From positions 21,576,001 through 21,640,000 of the forward strand of contig JBITNC010000001.1 in assembly GCA_050084985.1 (NCBI GenBank): a DNA stretch of 64,000 nucleotides, given 5' to 3'. Position numbers and translations under genes: made by a program. Shown here piece by piece: positions 12,746-24,964 of this stretch. Numbering within the stretch: position 1 is the first letter of the stretch; every line of letters starts with the position of its first letter. The notes under the pieces were generated by a model. That model did no database searches and was not told the origin of the DNA. It saw nothing but the letters and a program-made list of their open reading frames with translations. The DNA is from Nageia nagi (lineage: Eukaryota > Plantae > Pinophyta).

Positions 12746-12810
12746 ACTTTTGTGTGATAGTCAATTACTTATCTGCGATAGTCATTTACTTTTGTGTGGT
12801 TATCAAATGT
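12746..12810. repeat. Three degenerate 21-bp tandem units
   Basis: ACTTTTGTGTGATAGTCAATT / ACTTATCTGCGATAGTCATTT / ACTTTTGTGTGGTTATCAAAT. Confidence 0.6.
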
Positions 12811-12934
12811 ACCACAAATCATTGATCAATCATAGCATAAACAATAGTTAACTATAACCAAGTTGAAAGGAACTATTAAAATCTAATTATAAAACCATTT
12901 ACCTAATAAAAAAATTCCTTACTTTATCATATTA

Positions 12935-12952
12935 ATATATATATATATATAT
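12935..12952. repeat. (AT)9 microsatellite
   Basis: Read directly from the sequence. Confidence 0.95.
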
Positions 12953-13109
12953 TTCAATTATTTAAGTTAAAAAAATTAATTGCATATAAAATTGGCAAGA
13001 GTAAAGGTCCAATTTTTAGATTAAAAAATGAACTACACACAAAATTAGTTTAGAAGCTTATTTATTATTTAATTTAATTTATTACATGGAAATTCCATGT
13101 AGTACAAAT

Positions 13110-13614
13110 TCATGGGGAGGTGATTCTTGCGAAGTCCAAATTAATCTTCTTTCCAGCAAAAGGCCTATAGAGAATATAGTCAACATATTCCCAAATATGA
13201 AGGATATATAATTTGGTGGGTTGTCGTCCTTAACGACGTCTGCGAGAGGCATAATTACAGTGGAACGATCAGGATCACAAAATAGAGGAATGGATATCCG
13301 TGTTCTGTTGCGATTTGGCACAACACGTGTTCAACACTATGGAACCTTCCATTACTCAATACCTGAAACAAATTCCATGTCGAGTCACTTACTATAATAT
13401 AATTTAAAACCTGGAAGAATCCCCATTGTTGGCACGCTTTGCTGATAGCGTCGACTAAATCTGCCCTATCGGGGACATAAAATCCCTTGAGATCTATCAA
13501 AGGAACGTTCTCAGTGTAGATTTGACTAGCAGTTCGCCGTTTATGTTCTGGTCGAATATAAGCCGGTGAAATTTGTATGAGGTCTTTGTCCACTAAACTC
13601 TCAAGACTAGCCAT
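13110..13614 (-). pseudogene. 2-oxoglutarate/Fe(II)-dependent dioxygenase pseudogene (DOXC class; DMR6/flavonoid-dioxygenase-like), first and last exons only
   Basis: Exon 13614-13411 reads MASL...YIRP...VPLIDL...ISKACQQWGFFQ. A 48-bp GT..AG intron spans 13410-13363. Exon 13362-13110 reads VLSNGRFHSVEH(fs)VVPNRNRTRISIPLFCDP...PPNYISFIF(fs)EYVDY...ARITSP*. The HxD-containing middle part is absent and there are two 1-nt frameshifts. Confidence 0.9.
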
Positions 13615-15660
13615 AAGTTAGATTCTACCAAACCCAGGGGAGGCGGACCAGGCCCAGCTTCGCCAAACAACTATGGACAACGAATACGCCGGTTAAGAAT
13701 GACCGGTGATATGACTATTCAGTATGACAATTAGCTGATCTCGTTTTTAATTTCCCAACAGCCTTATCTTGAAGAACTGATGTGAAGCTTTGTGGTTTTT
13801 ATGCGTTTTGTTTTCTCATCCTCGAGTTTGACGTTATCTTTTTAAGCGAATGGTCGTATTACCTTTTAAGTAGACATTGTTTAGCTCTTAGTTACTCCGT
13901 TTTCTTGGTATAATTGAGTGTTTTATTGACTTTAATTCATTTGTAAAGTTGTAAATGTGTTGATCTTTTTGTGCTTTGTGTTTTATGTTTAATATTGGGT
14001 TTTGTGTTTCATGTTCAATTTCTATTATAAGATATACATGTTATGTACTAGTCTATTACAATTATCTTATAGATATATTCAATTTCTATTATAAGATATA
14101 TATGTTATGTATTAGTCTACTACAATTATCACATAGACAGTTGTTGATATCCTGCAAATGTTAATAAACTTTCTCTCTTTTTTTTCATATAATTACTTCT
14201 CTTATCTTTTTATTTACATGATTTTAAAGATCATAACTAATACTTATAATTTTATGAACATTACTATAATAGAATAATCATCATATCATTCATAGATCAT
14301 CAACTTTGTATTGATTTAATTTAGATCTTATCAATTTTCATATTTTTATTTTTATTAGGCCATAGGCATCTCTTTTGGTGAGTGATTAGGTTCTATTGGA
14401 ATCAACAGTGTGAATTGCTTTTCAAGCATGACAGACCATCAAAACAATCTGAAGCTTTGATTTTTAGGTTGTGAACAAATTTGTTCACATTATATGGGAC
14501 AGATGTTGAATAAGCAATGGATATTGAACTAGGTTAGCTTTATTTGTTATGTTCAGAAGGAGATGAAAACAGTTATGAGATTCATTAGACAAACCCAAGA
14601 GAATGACTTGACTGCCACCCAAAATGTTGTAATTGTCCCAGAAAAATATCTCTAAGAGAAACATCTCCTGAAGCTTCGTCTACAATAACCTAGAATAAGA
14701 CCTTTGTCCTCAAAGGAACAATTCTTCTCTGAGCATACTGAATTAACTTTAGAATTGAGATCCTAGTAGGCCTCAGAATGTGCTTCCTACACTACATAAT
14801 CTACTGCTATTGGGGGAATAACCATACCAAATAAACTCACGCATAGGTCTTGGGCATCTGACCCTGAACAGAAAGCTGTAAAATAAGAGAACTATTCATG
14901 GTTTGGTCGTTGAAATCTATATTGTAGTGCAGTTTCTTTAAATTAGAGCCTATTAATAACTAGTCCATAAGGATTGACGAGAATTACTCTTTATAAGAGG
15001 ACAAGAAGTTAGGATAGATATCCAGCATTCTCATGATTATCACCAACGTCAGTAGTGGAATGTCCTTGACTGATAACCCAATACGGAAGAATGATTATTT
15101 TTCTGTATTCCATTTAGTCCCTCTCCCACTGGAAATCGAGAACAAACAGACCGTCGGATGCTAAGAATACAAAGATTTTCAATTTTTATAACAGTAGCGA
15201 GCTTACCAACTGACACACATTGGAAATGCAAAAAGGAATACAATATAAATAGATTGACAATGGCTGTCAGATATAGGATTATATGAAATTAATATATACG
15301 GAGGATATATATATTTTTGCAGGTTATTATTTTGACTCAAATGCTCGTAGACATTTCTAATTTTGTTGGGAGCAAAGATAAGTTTATGTTGCCTTGCATA
15401 GTACTATTTGTTGTATTTGTAATTAGAGTCTACCATATATTGTATTCCAACATTTTGCTATAGTAGAATGTGTTCTTCAATGTTGTATTATATCTGTAGT
15501 GGATTTGTACCTTTAAAACCACATCGTTGATCCTAGTGTCTCTAGAAGTTGCATCCTTTGTTTAGTTTAATCATGATCCTTTATTTGTTGCTAATCAATC
15601 CAACATATTCTTGAAGAATGCAAGTTGTTTATTCTGATCATTTGTCCATTTTTATCTAAG

Positions 15661-16293
15661 GATTAAAGTGGAGCCTCCAATTTACTATGTACTTGCAAAA
15701 CCTTCATAAAATTGCACCAAGTTTCTCAACGAGCAACAAAAGGTAAGAATGTTGTATTGAAGTGTGTTATTTGTTATTTTTCAAAAAAATTGGGAGAAGC
15801 ATCCAAATTTTACATACCTTTCATATTAATAAGATGTATGCATCTTATTATTTTTATGTTATAAATCATAAAGGAATTTTTGGAATGGAAAGCCAATTGT
15901 AGACAAGAGTTAACAAAATACTAGAAACAAATTAGTGAGCAACTACTTGCGAATATTGAACTAGAGCTTCAGAGATGGCAGAATGCTAGAAATACAAGGA
16001 ATGGGAACAATGAAGCCAGTTTACAAGGGAGCATGGATAATGATTTGGAGTTCCATAAATTAAGCCATGGACCTAAAAGATATGTTCCCAGAGGAGGGGA
16101 GGATGGTGAGGAGGATGTAGAGGATGTTGGTGAGGATGAAATTATGGATGATGTACTAGAAGATGAAGAAAATGTAGCAAGAAAGGATGATGAGACATTA
16201 ATAAGTAAAGGTGTTGCAAGCTATGATAGTGGAGAGGATTTAAGTTATATAAAATTTTCACCAAGTATCAAGTTGTTAACAATATTTTCATGA
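15661..16293 (+). pseudogene. PNN: Pinin (Pinin/SDK/memA family splicing factor) 3' exons, pseudogenised
   Basis: Exon 15661-15742 (AG acceptor, GTAAGA donor) reads IKVEPPIYYVLAKPS*...EQQK. The exon from about 15874 reads EFLEWKANCRQELTKY*KQISEQLLANIELELQRWQNAR...MDNDLEFHKLSHGPKR...EEDVEDVGEDEIMDDVL. This matches the plant pinin C-terminus from memory (TKAEPxIYY, FLEWK, ELERWQNAR, HGPK). There are in-frame stops. Confidence 0.85.
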
Positions 16294-17869
16294 TCTTAGT
16301 GACCACTATTTATGCATCTTGTTGTGATTATTATATGCATTGAATGAATTTTTTACCTATTTACAATTCATAGATACTCACTTTGGCTTTCATTTTTGGA
16401 TAAATGTTAAAATATGACTCTTATGTGAATGATATATTTATAGAACACAGTTATTTGCTTCTCCCAATCAAATTCTTATTGTGATGTCTTTGTTAGTTGT
16501 AGAAATAAGAAACTTATTTTTTCATTTTATAGAATGATTGCCTTTGTTTAATTTTAATACATAAAAGCCTTGTTTAGCTACTGGTGCTTTTCCATACGCA
16601 AATTTACTTTTTGAGATTCAATTAAAGTTAGCCAACTTGAACTAAATATAATTAAAATGTATTTTCTTTTTTACCTAGAAAATACTTTATCTTTTTCAAG
16701 CCATGAGATACTTTTGGACCAAATGAACATTTATGTTGTTAATCTTTCCATTGTTAAGGGAGTCTTATTCATCTGTATTCAATATGTTATTGTGAAATTG
16801 TTGTGAATCTTGAAAATTAAAAGAAAGAAACAAATTTCATAACAAAATTTACTTTAATGAGACTTATTTTTGGGTAGAGCTTTTTAACTTAGTTTAGCAT
16901 AAGAGGATATCTAGGAAAAATCAAAAATAGAGTATTATTTATTATGAATTATGATTTAAGTTTAATATTCAACATTATAAATATTTAAAAAGGATTTGAA
17001 ATCATTCTTGGGAAGGTTAGGCATGCAATTGTGGTATTAAATTGTGAAAAAGTGACAATCTTATAGAAAGTGTAATTGATATTTAAGTCATGTAAAAAGT
17101 AGGTAGTGAATATGATCAAAAGACATCTTACTTTGTATGTATTTATATGTAATATTTGGTTGTTAAATAAGTAGAAAATATTTGTAGAATTTGTAATACT
17201 TGATGCTTTTTTACATATTGGTGATTTTCATAATAATTGGTGCATTTTTACATATCTCTAATTATGGCTTGAGATGTATATGCCATTCATAAAATTAAAA
17301 TAGGAGTAAAATGATAATTATGATATTAATGTTATGATAATTATGATAAGATCAAATATGTTTATTTCTACTCACTTATAAACGATGATTTGTTATAATG
17401 TATTTTTATATGCTTGTTATTTCAAAAAATGTATGTTATGGTGGAGAAGAGATATTTTAGGATTTTTGCATGTCCTTTTTTAGCAATGTTGCCATGTCTA
17501 TTTTTGAAGGGATCTCTTTTGCGCATGTTATTCCATAAGATCTTTTCAAATTTAATGTAGAAAATTATTATTGTCCTCATATGTTTCCTTGTGTTGTAGT
17601 CTTAGGTGGTTACTCCTGCCATACAATCATCCCACTCAATCCTTCAACCTCTAGTCCCTTCCAGTTCAGTTGTTCTACTATCCACCCATCATTCCTCATT
17701 CCTTCACTACTTTTGCAATGATGTTGAGGGAGCCCTTGTATAGTGTGGAGAGTAGTGTTATTCTATATTTGTAGAAAGCATAATATACTTTGCATGCTTC
17801 AGTCTATGGTGTACCCATTGCATAAGGTTGTAATAGCTAGTTTTATTTTCATTTTGATAATTGTTGATA

Positions 17870-20800
17870 TTTAATTTTTATTTTTTATTATTATAAAATA
17901 CACATTTTTTTCAGTAAAAAATAATTTAAATTTTATCCAAAAAACTTCAATTTACATTTTAGGCCTTATGAACCTCACTCTTTTAGCTAGGCTCAAAATA
18001 CATAAAAGCTTTCTTTCTATCTATACCCATGTATCTAAGATCCCTATATTTGATAATAGCTTACCCTATCATTTGTATTGCAATCTACATTTTGCTTACC
18101 CTCATAGTCCTCCTTTCCTTCCATTTTGTCTCCTTTTCATTTTCCATATTGAATTATTCCTTTTCAAATATGCCCATATTCTTACTAGCTCCTCATATTC
18201 CATTTATGAATTCTTAGATATTTTATCCTTTATGATTATTGAAACCTTCATCATTAAGGTGTCTCAAATTCTTTTCATTGATTTAGGTTCATATTTGAAG
18301 ATCCTTCCATTTATTTCAAGAAAAAATTACCACCAAATGAATCCTAGATCCAAATCCCATATTGGTATTATTGTATTATATTTGAATTTATTTCTCTTCC
18401 AATCATACCATAAGGAATCTTTGATAGGCATTTATCTTTCCTCATATTTGAAGATGGTATACTGCAACCTCCACATTATATTTTCTAATTGATATTAAAA
18501 AAAGGTCACCTATTGAGTACTCCTCTTAGTGGCATATTATATAGAAGTTAGGCCTAATAAGCTCTCTTCTCCTTAGGTTATCCTAGGTTATTAGACTATT
18601 ATGGGACTCCAATCAAGAGAAGAAGTTAATATTCAACCATCTTTTTGATTATCATAACTTCATCCAAGGTTTTTTATATGAGGGTTGATCTTTGGTTAAG
18701 GTTATTTTGTAACCCTTTTTTTGAATAACTGCTTGGATTGCTATATCCCCATGAAAATCTATTTGGTTCCTTTTTCCTCACACAAACTCCTTAAAGGATA
18801 TCTTTTAGTTATATTTTACCCTCTTCCAATGTTTCCCTTGGCCACTACTCTAATTTTCTCCACTTATGAGTGTTGTCCTATTCTAGATTTATTAAATTAG
18901 GATAATGGTAGATTAGAGTCTACCCATGTATTTGAAGGATTATTTTAATACTTGCTAAGTATGTATATTTCTTTGTTAAGAGGGGAATGGCAGGAGAGTT
19001 CCCAATAATCCTTCTATAATATGTCCCTCTACCATCATTCATTCTTTAGTATAATCCTTCTTTTACTAAAGATTCCCTCCTCTTTATGGTTTTCCATATC
19101 TCTAATCTCTCACTTATTAATGGGAGGTGTGGGAGGTCAAGTCCCTTGAGTATAAAAGATATTATTTTTTTATTAATACATGCATATAGAGTTGATACTA
19201 TTGAATTAGCCATCACCAATAGAGATTACCTATGAGAACTTGGTTGATCATTGTTACTTCTTTGATTCTAAGGCCCTCTTATATCCTTTGCATGTAAACT
19301 AATTTACCAACTTAGTAGTAACATTTTTTATTTTCTTCATGTATTCCTTACCATAATAATCTTCTTATCTCTTCATCCAAATATAGAAAGGGACTCTTAA
19401 TAGCTAATAGAGTAAAGAATTGAAATATTAGCATTGCTTGAAGAACTTGTTTTCAAAGTATCTCTTTACCTCCAAAACTTAACCACCTATTGGTTAAGTG
19501 TACTAATTTAGATTATATTATATCCCTAACTATTTTTCAATATATACTCCTTAATCCTTTATAATATAATGGTATGAATAAGAAATCTAAGGGTAATGTG
19601 GTCTATATGAATCTTAATATTATAAGTATTTACTCCCTAATCCTTTTTACCATGTTGAAAAAGTTTAATTTTGATTTTTATTCATTTAGAAGATGGCTTG
19701 TAGCTATTTTATAATGTCCCAATACCTCTTTGATATTCATTAGTTCCTCCGATCTTCTCATAATATCAATAAACTAGAGTTTATGGGTGATTTTTATGCT
19801 CCATCAAGTATTTTACTCATGCAATTGTATTCTCCAAGTTTTTTTCTTTACAACTTTAGCAAGTTCTTTTGCAAATAAAATGAGCATATATAGTAATATT
19901 GGGTCCCCTTATTTGATTCCTCTAGAGGATTGGAAAATTTGGGATATACTTCCATTGAACACTCACACTGATATTATGGAGATGCATTCCATGCCTCAAT
20001 TTATTGACTCTCCTTTGAAGATAAATCTTGTTAGTTTCTAAGCTAGTAACTTCCATGTAACCCTATGACATGCTTTTCATAATTCTAACTTGATAAATAT
20101 ACATTTATTTCCTTTTTTACTAAATTGATGGATGGTATCTTAGGCCACTATGATCCTATCTGATATCTATCTTCTTCACACAAAACCTTCTTATTTTGGT
20201 GAACTTCTTCTTGGTAAGATATTGTTTAATATATTCTCCATAATTTGTATTATGATATTATATTACAAAGAGGTATGGGTCTATAATTGGTTAGATCTTC
20301 CATATCATTCTCTTTTGGTATCAAGGTTAAGAAGGTGTGGTTAAGGGCCTTAAGGATTATTCCACTTTTTTTTTTTTACTATTCCATACTTGTGAGGTCC
20401 TTCTCTATTACATCCTAATTAGATAAACATAATTTCACCATGAATCCTTTTGGTTTGGGTGCCTTCCCTATCTATATTGTTAATATTATTTTTTTGAACT
20501 CTTCTATTGTGATTTCCTTGATAAGTTCATCATTTTGATGCTAAGACACTAGGGCTAATATAATTTATAGAATTTCCTCATGGTGATAAGATGTAAGGCA
20601 TGGATTGATAATAAATAAATCAATGAAATAAGTATTTACCACTTCTTACATACATAGGCTGGTGGTTTATATTATACTTTGTCTATAATAAGGGCATCAA
20701 TTCTATTGTGTTGACTCCTTATTATAAATAAATGATATACAAACTTGGTATTTGTATCTCCTTCTTACATGTATATTATTATTTACCATTTTATTCAACA

Positions 20801-22697
20801 TAGGATTTGTACTTATTACATATTGCTTTTTCTTACTGTATTAGATTTTCTTTGTAGTGTAGGAATTTTTTACAAATAGTTCTTGAGTGGATTTTTTCTT
20901 TTATTTCATGCATTTTAATTGAGACTTTTTTGCTCTATTTTTGGAATTCTAATACATGGGAATTTCTTCATTCTTTTAACCCATTTTTAATTAATTTAAA
21001 CCTAAAATATAATTAGAATTATGTTATACCATATTCCAACTTTCCTTGTTTCCACTATTATCTCATAAAGCCTAGTTGGTCCTCATTCCCTAGCTAGAGT
21101 TTCTTTAATATAAAAGGATACATTTGGAATTAATCTTTCTATAGATATGTAAAATTACTAAAAACTTTATCTAATGTCAACATATCCATAGTTTATGATT
21201 GGTATTTTCCTAAATTACAAATTTCTCTCCCACCAAAATTTTATCTAATAAAGATTTAATGTTGTTATCTCCTTTCCTCTTATTGAAAAATGTTTTGCTA
21301 CATCCTAGTGGTAATATATAAGTTAGGTTCATATTTTTTGGTTTAATTCATTAATAGTATATCCATCTTATTTAGTTATGACAAACCCCCTTCTTAGCCT
21401 CTTAGCAATATTTTATCACTAAATTCTCCACTCACTAACCATAAGTCATCATGTTGGCTCCACTAACTTATGTGATAATTTCTCACCAATGAATTTTATA
21501 TGATTTCACTTTTATTAAGTTGTATGAATTAATTATCCTCCAAATCATCCTTGAAACTCTATCCCTCAATCTAGTTATGACTACCCTCTTAGTTGATGTT
21601 GAGTATATACTCTACAATTTGTAGAATGTAGTTATTATGTAATATTACTAATCCTCTTGAAAAGCCTTAATATATTAGGCCATGAAGTTTCCTTTCACCT
21701 AATATTTATTTGCTATGGATTACATCACCTCTATAGAATTTGTCATTTCTTATAATATTAATACATATAGGTTTCTATATAAGATTAGTTTCTTATGTAG
21801 GGTAGTAATTCAATCCTCTTATATTTTAATTATTTATAATAATTGAAATTCCATGTTGTAAAGTTTGCTATTAATTTTTCTAGATCAATCTCCCTCATCT
21901 TCTTTCCTTACTATTATATCTTCACCTTATTAGGTTTTCTTCCCAAATCTTGAGAGTTTGCATACTTTGGTCTCTTTTTTAGTTGACTAATTTTGAATAT
22001 GTGGTTTGGTATATTTTTCTCAACCAATCCCATTAGTACATCACTTGGTGGGTTTTTCTCTTTTACATACTTTACTATTAACCCTACTATGTAAACTTAT
22101 AGGTGAGAAGCCTCTCCTACTACTTGATTTTGGCTATGTATACTTTGTTATTCATAGGATTCTATTTATATTGGTATAATTATTGGTATCAAATACTTAT
22201 TTGTTAGTAATTACTTATCCAAGGTTAAAAGTTTATTCCCAACTAGTTTTCTTTTCTCCTACTTTTAAGTAGTCTGCATTTTAAGCCTTCTACCCTTTCA
22301 TTGGATCATCCACTTTAAGGATTTCCTATTTCTTGGATGAAGTTCTTAATTATTATTATTGATCAATATTTCCTTCCACTTGATGTGAGTTTATATTTAC
22401 TACCTTTCCTTGATTATTTCCTTTTTGTTAATAATTACCTTTTGATCCCTTCCTTATAGTTGGTTGAAAACCTTAATCATTTTCTTTATAAGAAGATTGG
22501 TTTACTATGCTAGTTCCTAACTATGGTATCAAATTTCTTTATATCTTAGGGAAACATCTACATAAAAAATGGATTGATTCCATTACAACCATAAAATATA
22601 GCTCTAAATCATTTTCAATAATAGACTAGGTTCTTCAAATTATGGCTTGTTAAAGCTCTAGTTAACCTTATATTTTGTTAATTACTTAGAGCATGGG
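17870..22697 (-). mobile_element. LINE-B: heavily decayed L1-type LINE (ORF2 and 3' part of ORF1); continues at 27700-27773
   Basis: T-rich tail at about 17870-17892. RT motifs SSRGIK*GDP (about 19900-19925), LFAKEL (FADD relic, about 19865) and GKAPKPKGF (about 20440-20470). Endonuclease start NFTTWNF (about 21845-21865). Zinc-knuckle relic at about 22550-22600. Interrupted at the ATGGG TSD. Confidence 0.75.
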
Positions 22698-23282
22698 TGA
22701 TGAAATTTAAGGATTCCATAACCCAAGAACTCTTGTATGACCTCCATAAAACTTGTAATCAACCATTCTAAAACTAAGAACTTAAGAAGCATCTCACATA
22801 ATAACACAAGATGTACAGTGGTTCCTCCATCACATGGAGTGCTGCACTTTAGGTATCCTTTTCACTATACTCTCAAACAATGTACACTCATATGGATCTC
22901 AACCATGACTCTCCTTAGAATGAAGCATAGATTGCATGCTTAAGACCTTACTAACTAAGATCTATACTAACAACTTCCTATCTTCATCTTCTTACAAATC
23001 TTCACAAAATGAGTTCCTTTTATAGGAATCAAAACTAACCTTAGGTAGTTAACTAACCTAACCACAATAGGTTAGTTAACACTAAGTTACAATATAGAAT
23101 TACATTTAATTGTTAGTGGAGACACTATTCCACCTAACAATATTATTTTAAGTTGGATGGAGAATACTATTCTACCCACCATGCATGAACCTCGTTATCA
23201 CCTAATAACCAAATTTAGGTGATTATTAATATGTTAAGCATATTAATTACATAATTCCCTAAATAACATTATAATTCTAACA
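22698..23282 (-). repeat. 3' LTR (585 bp) of the copia-derived element
   Basis: TGATGAAAT...TTCTAACA; 22897-23282 is a direct repeat of 27315-27694. Confidence 0.85.
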
Positions 23283-23857
23283 CTTCTCCTTAATGTTATG
23301 TTGGAAATGATTAGAAAAATAATTATTTTATAAAGAGGTTTTACTCATGCTACAAAGTGTACATATAGCTAAACAAGGCTTTACAATTTTGAGAGAAAGG
23401 AGACCTTTTGAGACTTTATATAAAAGAGAGAAGGTTAAAGATCCAAATGCCAAAAGCCAAGAAGTCTCATAGCTATTATCATAAGTAACCTGTAATTTCT
23501 TAGAGGAAACTTGCAAACTACAATTAGCTTATAACAAGATTAGTTAAAAGCATTATACATTCATGTCAACATGAATCAAATAATACTATCATACATTGAT
23601 CATAATAAAGCATATAAACATGTCAAGAAATCATAAATGCACAACAATAAGGATGAAATATATCATCAACTATGATATCTAAGAATATCACATGTGCATA
23701 TATCAAGACATGTGCACTATTAACTAATTGATATGTATCAAAAATTAAAAAAGTGATACTTTCATTTGGTTGTGTTGTTGATACTTTTATTTGTCTTTGC
23801 TATTTATCATTATTTCTTTTGTATTTATTTCTTGCTATTGTATTTGTTTTATATGAG

Positions 23858-23908
23858 GGGTGTCATCACAACAATACAACCTAGGGTGTCATCACAACAA
23901 TACAACCT
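23858..23908. repeat. Perfect tandem duplication, 26-bp period
   Basis: GGGTGTCATCACAACAATACAACCT occurs twice, separated by one A. Confidence 0.95.
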
Positions 23909-24100
23909 GACATTTTCTCCCCCTTAATGACAACTTCATCAAACAAATACATGTGTGATAATGTGACATGAATCATACTAAGAATAAATACCAACATTAC
24001 CAATATTGACATCAATATTTAAAGGGAAAACAAATATCATAAGGCACAAAATGCCATTTTAATTACCACATTAAGATGCATAAAGTCATAAGGTGCCATA

Positions 24101-24390
24101 AAGAAATTTGACTATACAAAGAGTAACCAAGATGTCACACAAGAAATATACTTGACTTTACTAAGAGTGAGTCAAGAAGGCATAATAAATAAGCTTGACT
24201 TTACCAAGAGTGAGTCAAGATGCCACAACAAATAAACTTAACTTTACCAAGAGTGAGTCAAGATATCTCAACAAATAAACTTGAATTTACTAAGAGTGAG
24301 TTAACAATTCATAAAAAATAAGCTTGACTGTACCAAGAGTGAGTTAAGATGCTACAACAAATAAATTTGACTTTACAAAGAGTGAGCCAA
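24101..24390. repeat. About 7 x 43-bp tandem array, each unit with a 7-bp hairpin
   Basis: Consensus AAATAARCTTGACTTTACCAAGAGTGAGTCAAGATGCCACAAC; CTTGACT and AGTCAAG form an inverted pair. Confidence 0.9.
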
Positions 24391-24547
24391 AATTTAGAAG
24401 TCCATCTTAACTATGTTACTAATTAAGAGGGAAATGATGAAATTGGTAGCATGAATCAATTGAAATGATTCAAATTTTATCAATAATATGTAAATAATTC
24501 ATGGATATATCTTCCATTTTCATGGAAGTAGAAAAGAGTGTGGCCAC

Positions 24548-24964
24548 GAGTGCACTATAAGTCATCATAGAGATACCAAGTCAATACGTATAGTCACTAA
24601 AAGATACTTGGATTTTATGTTGCACTATAAGTCATCATGAAGGATGTCAAGCCAATACTTATATTCAATGAAAGATACTTGGATTTTATGTTGCACTATA
24701 AGTCATCATGGAGGATGCCAAGCCAATACTTATAGTCAACAAAAAATGCATGTAACAAAATCCATCAACAAAAGATGCTTGGATTTAGTAATGTAACATA
24801 ATCCATCAAAATAGATCCAACTTGGAAACATGAAAGTAAAAAAAAATGTAGATGAATAAAGCTATAGTTATTTCATCAAGAACTTGCTTTTGAAAATAAG
24901 GGGCTTAGATTTGGGTTGCACTATAAGTCATCATAGAGATGCCAAGCCAATACTTATAGTCAAC
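24548..24964. repeat. Array of 4 hairpin units (three with a 71-bp period, plus one dispersed copy at 24915-24964)
   Basis: Unit GTTGCACTATAAGTCATCATGGAGGATGCCAAGCCAATACTTATAGTCAAC; GTTG(C)ACTATAAGT pairs with ACTTATAGTCAAC. Confidence 0.9.

Noticed and set aside
14410-14600. Possible upstream pinin exons (ELLF...DHQ and FR...KQL-like words)
   Set aside because: They need several indels and occur in the wrong order, so they are probably chance matches.
17968-18492. 174-aa + strand ORF (and similar ORFs at 6321, 10348, 11100, 37935, 40270 and 50424)
   Set aside because: These are antisense shadows of minus-strand retroelement coding regions with no recognisable protein features.
24101-24390. 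CRISPR array
   Set aside because: The apparent spacers are only about 10 nt and are related to each other, there are no cas genes, and the context is a eukaryotic retroelement.
24548-24964. Hammerhead ribozyme (retrozyme) or C/D snoRNA, suggested by ATGATGA on the minus strand
   Set aside because: There is no CUGANGA...GAAA core with the required stems on one strand, and no correctly placed CUGA D box.
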